64,000 nucleotides of DNA from Candidatus Melainabacteria bacterium 17Bon1m (GTDB lineage Bacteria > Cyanobacteriota > Vampirovibrionia > Obscuribacterales > Obscuribacteraceae), in the NCBI GenBank assembly GCA_032128875.1, contig JAVLKG010000001.1, positions 736,001 to 800,000 of the forward strand, given 5' to 3'. How positions within the stretch are numbered: position 1 is the first letter of the stretch; each line of letters opens with the position of its first letter. This document shows, piece after piece, positions 58,811 through 64,000 of the stretch. Position numbers and translations under genes: made by a program. The notes beneath the pieces were generated by a model. It ran no database searches, had not been told where the DNA came from, and saw nothing but the letters and a program-made list of their open reading frames with translations.

Positions 58811-58981
58811 AGAGAACCTGCAACCAAGAGATTCACCAAAAAGTTGAATCGCAAAGTCCACAACTAGAAAAAACTAGATAGGAAAAACTATAGAGAATTC
58901 GGCATTGCTCGCCGGACTTCTCCTGGACAGAAATTGAACCGACGAAATCACGATTTGTCGGAATCATCTGAAAGGTCTGAA

Positions 58982-59011
58982 GGGCCGGTATCGCCAAGAT
59001 ACCGGCCTTTT
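58982..59011 (+). terminator. Rho-independent terminator after the pilin-like gene
   Basis: GGCCGGTATC-GCCAA-GATACCGGCC-TTTT. Confidence 0.75.
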
Positions 59012-59136
59012 GTCCCGGATGGGAATTTCCCCAATGACAGGGTCTTGCAATATTCATATTATTTGTCCATAGCCAGGGAGGCACCACCCACGCCGAACTG
59101 AGCCATGGTTCTAAATTCAAAACAGAGACTCACCCC

Positions 59137-62100
59137 GTGAACAAAGGCAACAAACTCCGAAAACGAACAATAAAGGCGCTCTTCGCGTTATTCATGACGC
59201 TGACGCCTATGTTTGTGTTTGTAGGTTCGGCACTTGCCCAAACCAGAGAGCCCACGCTTTCCGACAGTCTTCCTGTCGATCCAGGCGTCGGCAATCTTTC
59301 GCAAGGCGCCCAACAAACTCAAAACACCGTCCCGAGTGCATATGCTGATGCACCCGGCGAAGTGCCTCTCGTTTACACGGCTGCGACAAACAACACAACT
59401 GGCGTCATTCAGAATGTCACCAACACTCTTCTGGGCACTGGCGAACTCGGCTACATCAACGATACCTACATGGGTATCAAGAGATTCTGGGGCGATGACA
59501 TCATCGGCAACTTGTTCCAGAACATCGGTCAATTACTTGGTAAGTGGATTTCAGAGTGGATCAACGGCTGGGTAGCCGACACGGTCCGCTTCCTTACTGC
59601 ATTTCTGCGTACCTTTGTTTTGAACCCGAACATCGCCGTCAACGGTATTCAGAACGGTCCTGGTGCTGGACAAGCTGACGACATCTCTCCCTACATCCGC
59701 GCCGCTGCTGACGTGATGTACGGTATCGCTGTCGACTTGCTCCTCCTGCTCTTCATTCTCTGCATTTGGAAATTCTGGGCAGAAGCCTCCTGGCGCGGTG
59801 GCGGCGGACTCATGGGTTCTGTCGGTCGCTTGATTTTTACAGCAGGTCTCTTGCTGGCTTGGCCAACTATTTATGCCTTCATCATTCAAATCACGAATGA
59901 AATGATTCAGGCAATCTACTTCAACTCTGCAGACGACATCATGCGTCTGGACGCTGCCATGGCTTCCGCAGTTAAAGGCGGTTTGATGGCAGGCGCCGGA
60001 CTTCTCGCCCATGCGTTCGCTCCGATCGTTGGCGGTGCTGCCGGCGGTTTGGCACTCGGCTTGGTTGGTGAAATCGTCGCTTTTGCCGGTCTCGTAATTT
60101 ACTTGATCATCGGCGGCATCTTAATTGCGCAGCTCATCTACATCTTGGTTTTGAAAGCAATTCAAACCGCGCTGCTCACTGCACAATATATGTTTGGTCC
60201 CATCTTCCTGGTGTTCTTCGCAACACCTGACACGGAAAACGTGGCCACTGGTTATGTTAAGTCCTTCGTTGAAGTCAGCCTCTGGACATTCGTCTGGGTC
60301 GGCTTGTTGAAGATCATGGTCATCATCCTCTTCTCCGACTTCAACCCCTGGGGCAAGATCATTATGGCGATCGGCGTTCTGCAGCTGATGATTCAGGTGC
60401 CGTCGTTCCTCGCTCGTGCTCAAATCAGCCCGATGTCCGATTTCGTTTCAGCCGGTTTGATCACCGGTGGATTGCTCGGCATGGGCAAGGCGCTCGCCAA
60501 CAAGGGCGGCGACCTAATGGACAGATTCTCCAAATGGCGCGGTAGTTTGCAAGACGGCGGCGCTCGTGGTCCGCAACAAACTCAATCCGTCAAGATGAAC
60601 GGCTTGCCGCATGCTCCGCAAGATCCGGAAGCATTCAACAAGATTCAAAACGCAGCCAAAGGCGATTTGAACAACGGCAACAAGCCTGGCGACAAAACAA
60701 AGACAGAGAATCCAAACGGTCAAAACCTCAAGCCTCTTACAGAAGCTGACAGAAAGAAACAAGAAGAGGAAGAGAAGAAGAAACGCGAAGCTCTGAAGAA
60801 TGGCAACGGTATGCCTGAGCAAGCCAAAGCCGTAACCGGCGCTGATGGCACCACTACTGCAGTTCCACCTAAGAAAGGCGATCTGGCAGAAGGACTGAAA
60901 GACGGTCTCAAGGGTGGTTTGGCAGCAGCAGGTGTTGGCGCAGTTTTGGCTGGTGCACAAGCTTCCGACGCACAAAAGAAAAATCAAACCGGCACCACCG
61001 CTTCCGAGCAAGCTGCCAAAGATCGTGCTAACGAGATGGCTGCAATGTTCGGTCTGGATACCAGCGGACAAGGTCAACAAGCTGGTCAGCAAGCTCAAAA
61101 GCCGATGACCGAGAAAGAAAAAGAAGATGCTGAAAAGGCTAAGGCTGCAGCAGCTCTCGGTGTCAAAGATTCCAAACTGCAAGTTCAAGACAAGACAAAG
61201 ACCGACGGAAAAACCAAAACCGACGAGAAGAAAAACGAAAACGCAGTTCCTGTCCTTCCGCCGGCAAGTGGTCTTCCTGGCGCCAAGAAAGGTGAAGGCG
61301 TAGTTCCTCCTTTGAATGCAGTCGGCGCTGACGGCAGACCGCTCAAGGTCACCGAAAAAGGCGACGGCACCGGCACTGACAAAGGCGTCAACCAAGTTGA
61401 AGCCGAGCAAAAGAATGAAACTGAAACCGCTGGTCTCAACGCACAAAGAGATACCAACCTGCGCGTCAATCAAACCGACGACAAGAAAGGTGTCGCTGGT
61501 AAGACTGGTGAGCCGAAGCTGACCACCGATGCCAAAGATTTGACTGGCAAGAACGCCGCTCAAGGAAGAAACGGCGTAGGTCCGGTTGTTCCTCCGCTCA
61601 CACCGCCTAAGGGTGATGCTGCAGGTACCGGTGCAAACCAAGGTCAAAACCTCAACAACGGCAAAACCACTGAAACTCTTCAAGGCGGACCAGAACAGGG
61701 AGCAACCGGCACGCAAGAGCACGAACAAATTGTCTCTCTCGGTCAAGGCGTCAACGGACAAGGCATCAACCTTCGCGTTACCCAAACACCGATCAACGCT
61801 GGTGGACGTACCCCTGTAAATCAACAAACCGCTCAAGTTGTTCCGCCCAGCAGACAAGCTGGAACCATGGGACAACAAACCGCTTCGCCTATTTCCGGCG
61901 CAGCTGCCAACCTCGGACAAACCACTGCGGCGGCTGCCACCATGGGCAACCCGGACGTCACCACCATGAACGTTCCGGAGGCACTGCAAGATATCGCAGG
62001 TCCCGGTAAGGTTGACCCCTTCACCGCATTCGACCACTCCGGATACGGCGGTGTTGCTCCGAACATCATGGCTAAGTTGATCCGTACTTACGACGGCGTA

Positions 62101-64000
62101 TCCATGGGTAAATCGCCTGACGGACAAGCAACCATCGTTGGTTCACCAAGAGGTGTTGCTCACGTTCGTTTCGGCGCCAATGCCACGCAAGAACAAAAGG
62201 CTATGCAAATTGCCTCAGCCGGGTATGCACAAACCATGACCGATGACGCTGAAGCATTCGATGCAGCACGTCAATCTGCAATCGACTCCGGCGCTGACCA
62301 GCCCAAAGGTTTCGCAGATAGAGTTGCAGGAAACTGGCTGCAATACAAAGGCTCGAGCTGGAGAGAAACCTACCGCGCCAAGCGTCAGTTCCAACAAGCG
62401 ATGTTCTCGGAAGCTGTCAGCGGCGCTCAAGCGTACGTGACCGGCGACGAGGCAGGCGCCAACGCATTCACCGATCACCTGCGCACACGTTTCGGCGATA
62501 TGACTCCCGAAAAACAAGCCTGGATGATGCACACATTGACCGACAACACATCGCCAGAATCCGGCTTCGGTACAGCTCGTTGGCCCGCAACGGACGCCTT
62601 GGTCTCTGCCAACATGGGCATCGATCCATACAACAGAGCAGCAATGGCCAGAGTACTCGGCACCAACATTCCAGTGTGGCAGCGTCCGCTCGCCGCCAAG
62701 GGTATCGCCAACTACATGAAGGGTGTAGTCGACGAGCGCGCAACACCAGACACGACCAACGAAGAAAGAGCAGCAATGGCCGGTGGTTTGACTGGAAGAC
62801 TGTCTCCAGCCATCGTAGATGCTTGCGCAACAATCCAGCAGTTCGACGCATCGCCTGAAGCGACCTTGAAGAATCCGAACTTCGTCAACGCCGTTGCTAT
62901 CAGAGGCGCATCGTACGCAAGAGATCCCAACGTACAAAACCCGATGAGACAAGCCTACGACGAAGAAATGCTCAAGAGCAGAATGTTCGGCGGCGGCGGC
63001 TCAACCGTAACAACTCAAGTATCCGGCAGCATCATCGGTGGTGGTGGCGGCGGTGGAGACAACGGCGGTGGCTACAGCAGAGTAGTCGATCTGCCTCCTC
63101 CAACCGATGGCGGCGGCGGAATGGGCGGCGCTCAATTCTCCGGTTCCTTCAACGTACCGCCACAACGCGGAACCACTCAGCAAAATCTCACATACCGTGT
63201 CAATCCGGGTCAATCACGTGGCGTAAGCAACGGTGCTGTACCGAACTTGACCGCAGAATCGCTGCAAGGCAGAACCGAAACTCAAGTCAATATCGTCAAC
63301 CCGCAAGCCGGCAATCAGGTTGTGAACTTCGAAGCAGAAGCTATCGTTCAACAATCCAACTCCGCATTGCCGCCGGTAATCAACCAAGGCTTGATCCCGA
63401 GAGTGCCGACCAACACAGTCAACGTCGTCAACGTCAAGCTTCGCCATCAGCAAGGCAACGCCAACGGACAAAACATCAGCATGTCCGTAAACGGCGAAAC
63501 CCAAGGGTCATCCGACGTCCGCATCGGCCGCGTCACTGAATCCGGCAACAACCAACCGCAAGTGATTCAATCCGATGCTACCGTAGAAGTTCTGCACAAT
63601 GGTGGCGGAGACAACGGTGGAGCGATTCAGCAAGCTGTGTCCTCAGTAGCTCAAACAGCTCCTGCAGCACTGCCTCCTGGTGTAGACATCTTCGTTGAAA
63701 TGCAACAATCCGGTTTCACCGATGCACAAAGACGCGATCCCAACATCGTTGCCGGCGCATCGCAAATCTACAACGCTTCCGGTGGTGACAGACAAGCGAT
63801 GGTAACGGCAGCATTGACTGCACGTGCTCTTGGTTCTGACAGCGGCAGCTTCGGTATGAAGTCTGTACAAGTTGTTCAAACCATGATCGACGCAGGCTGG
63901 AAGCCGAACCAAATCTCTGCTCACGATATTCATATCGCTGAGATGATTGTCGACCACGGTGGTGACACTGGCGCTGGACAAGGCGGCGGATATCCAACTC
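59137..64000 (+). CDS. Giant VirB6/TrbL-like polytopic membrane protein with long C-terminal extension (>1,620 aa, truncated by window end)
   Basis: Not in the ORF track because it has no stop in the window. Manual translation from GTG 59137 gives a signal peptide (..GSALA-Q), a TM block with 'QTALLTAQYMFGPIFLVFFATPDTENVATGYVKSFVEVSLWTFVW...QVPSFL' typical of TrbL/VirB6, then more than 1,100 hydrophilic aa. Confidence 0.75.
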   Translation, partial: MNKGNKLRKRTIKALFALFMTLTPMFVFVGSALAQTREPTLSDSLPVDPGVGNLSQGAQQTQNTVPSAYADAPGEVPLVYTAATNNTTGVIQNVTNTLLGTGELGYINDTYMGIKRFWGDDIIGNLFQNIGQLLGKWISEWINGWVADTVRFLTAFLRTFVLNPNIAVNGIQNGPGAGQADDISPYIRAAADVMYGIAVDLLLLLFILCIWKFWAEASWRGGGGLMGSVGRLIFTAGLLLAWPTIYAFIIQITNEMIQAIYFNSADDIMRLDAAMASAVKGGLMAGAGLLAHAFAPIVGGAAGGLALGLVGEIVAFAGLVIYLIIGGILIAQLIYILVLKAIQTALLTAQYMFGPIFLVFFATPDTENVATGYVKSFVEVSLWTFVWVGLLKIMVIILFSDFNPWGKIIMAIGVLQLMIQVPSFLARAQISPMSDFVSAGLITGGLLGMGKALANKGGDLMDRFSKWRGSLQDGGARGPQQTQSVKMNGLPHAPQDPEAFNKIQNAAKGDLNNGNKPGDKTKTENPNGQNLKPLTEADRKKQEEEEKKKREALKNGNGMPEQAKAVTGADGTTTAVPPKKGDLAEGLKDGLKGGLAAAGVGAVLAGAQASDAQKKNQTGTTASEQAAKDRANEMAAMFGLDTSGQGQQAGQQAQKPMTEKEKEDAEKAKAAAALGVKDSKLQVQDKTKTDGKTKTDEKKNENAVPVLPPASGLPGAKKGEGVVPPLNAVGADGRPLKVTEKGDGTGTDKGVNQVEAEQKNETETAGLNAQRDTNLRVNQTDDKKGVAGKTGEPKLTTDAKDLTGKNAAQGRNGVGPVVPPLTPPKGDAAGTGANQGQNLNNGKTTETLQGGPEQGATGTQEHEQIVSLGQGVNGQGINLRVTQTPINAGGRTPVNQQTAQVVPPSRQAGTMGQQTASPISGAAANLGQTTAAAATMGNPDVTTMNVPEALQDIAGPGKVDPFTAFDHSGYGGVAPNIMAKLIRTYDGVSMGKSPDGQATIVGSPRGVAHVRFGANATQEQKAMQIASAGYAQTMTDDAEAFDAARQSAIDSGADQPKGFADRVAGNWLQYKGSSWRETYRAKRQFQQAMFSEAVSGAQAYVTGDEAGANAFTDHLRTRFGDMTPEKQAWMMHTLTDNTSPESGFGTARWPATDALVSANMGIDPYNRAAMARVLGTNIPVWQRPLAAKGIANYMKGVVDERATPDTTNEERAAMAGGLTGRLSPAIVDACATIQQFDASPEATLKNPNFVNAVAIRGASYARDPNVQNPMRQAYDEEMLKSRMFGGGGSTVTTQVSGSIIGGGGGGGDNGGGYSRVVDLPPPTDGGGGMGGAQFSGSFNVPPQRGTTQQNLTYRVNPGQSRGVSNGAVPNLTAESLQGRTETQVNIVNPQAGNQVVNFEAEAIVQQSNSALPPVINQGLIPRVPTNTVNVVNVKLRHQQGNANGQNISMSVNGETQGSSDVRIGRVTESGNNQPQVIQSDATVEVLHNGGGDNGGAIQQAVSSVAQTAPAALPPGVDIFVEMQQSGFTDAQRRDPNIVAGASQIYNASGGDRQAMVTAALTARALGSDSGSFGMKSVQVVQTMIDAGWKPNQISAHDIHIAEMIVDHGGDTGAGQGGGYPT

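Noticed and set aside
60514-62127. 537-aa minus-strand ORF, and other minus-strand ORFs from 59 to 64 kb
   Set aside because: Antisense shadow of the giant plus-strand ORF; biased codons leave the opposite frame open and the translation is not protein-like.

Overview
Chromosomal window of a bacterium with roughly balanced GC. The gene style (cyanobacteria-like housekeeping proteins, many kinesin-light-chain-type TPR proteins, no photosynthesis genes) suggests a non-photosynthetic cyanobacterial relative (Vampirovibrionia/Melainabacteria, Obscuribacterales-like); this is inference only. Positions 1-54,500 are mostly housekeeping: murE, rplU-rpmA, a peroxiredoxin/thiol-disulfide pair, hemL, comF, prs, a PrsA/SurA-like PPIase, mfd, mnmA, an amidase, thpR, a fadJ-like gene, nadE, hpf, nfo, lgt, radA, uvrC and rarA. 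They are interspersed with TPR proteins and a dispersed family of GTAG-type REP palindromes. The most notable region is about 54,700-64,000. It is a co-oriented locus with a structured leader, four exported Pro/Gly/Gln-rich proteins of unknown family (two are tandem paralogs, and one has a remote paralog at 43.3 kb), a TrbC/VirB2-like pilin, and a giant (>1,620 aa) VirB6/TrbL-like membrane protein. That last ORF runs off the window end and is missing from the ORF track. The locus looks like the start of a divergent, chromosomally resident type IV secretion/pilus-like system. No rRNA, tRNA, CRISPR array, integrase or transposase was recognised.
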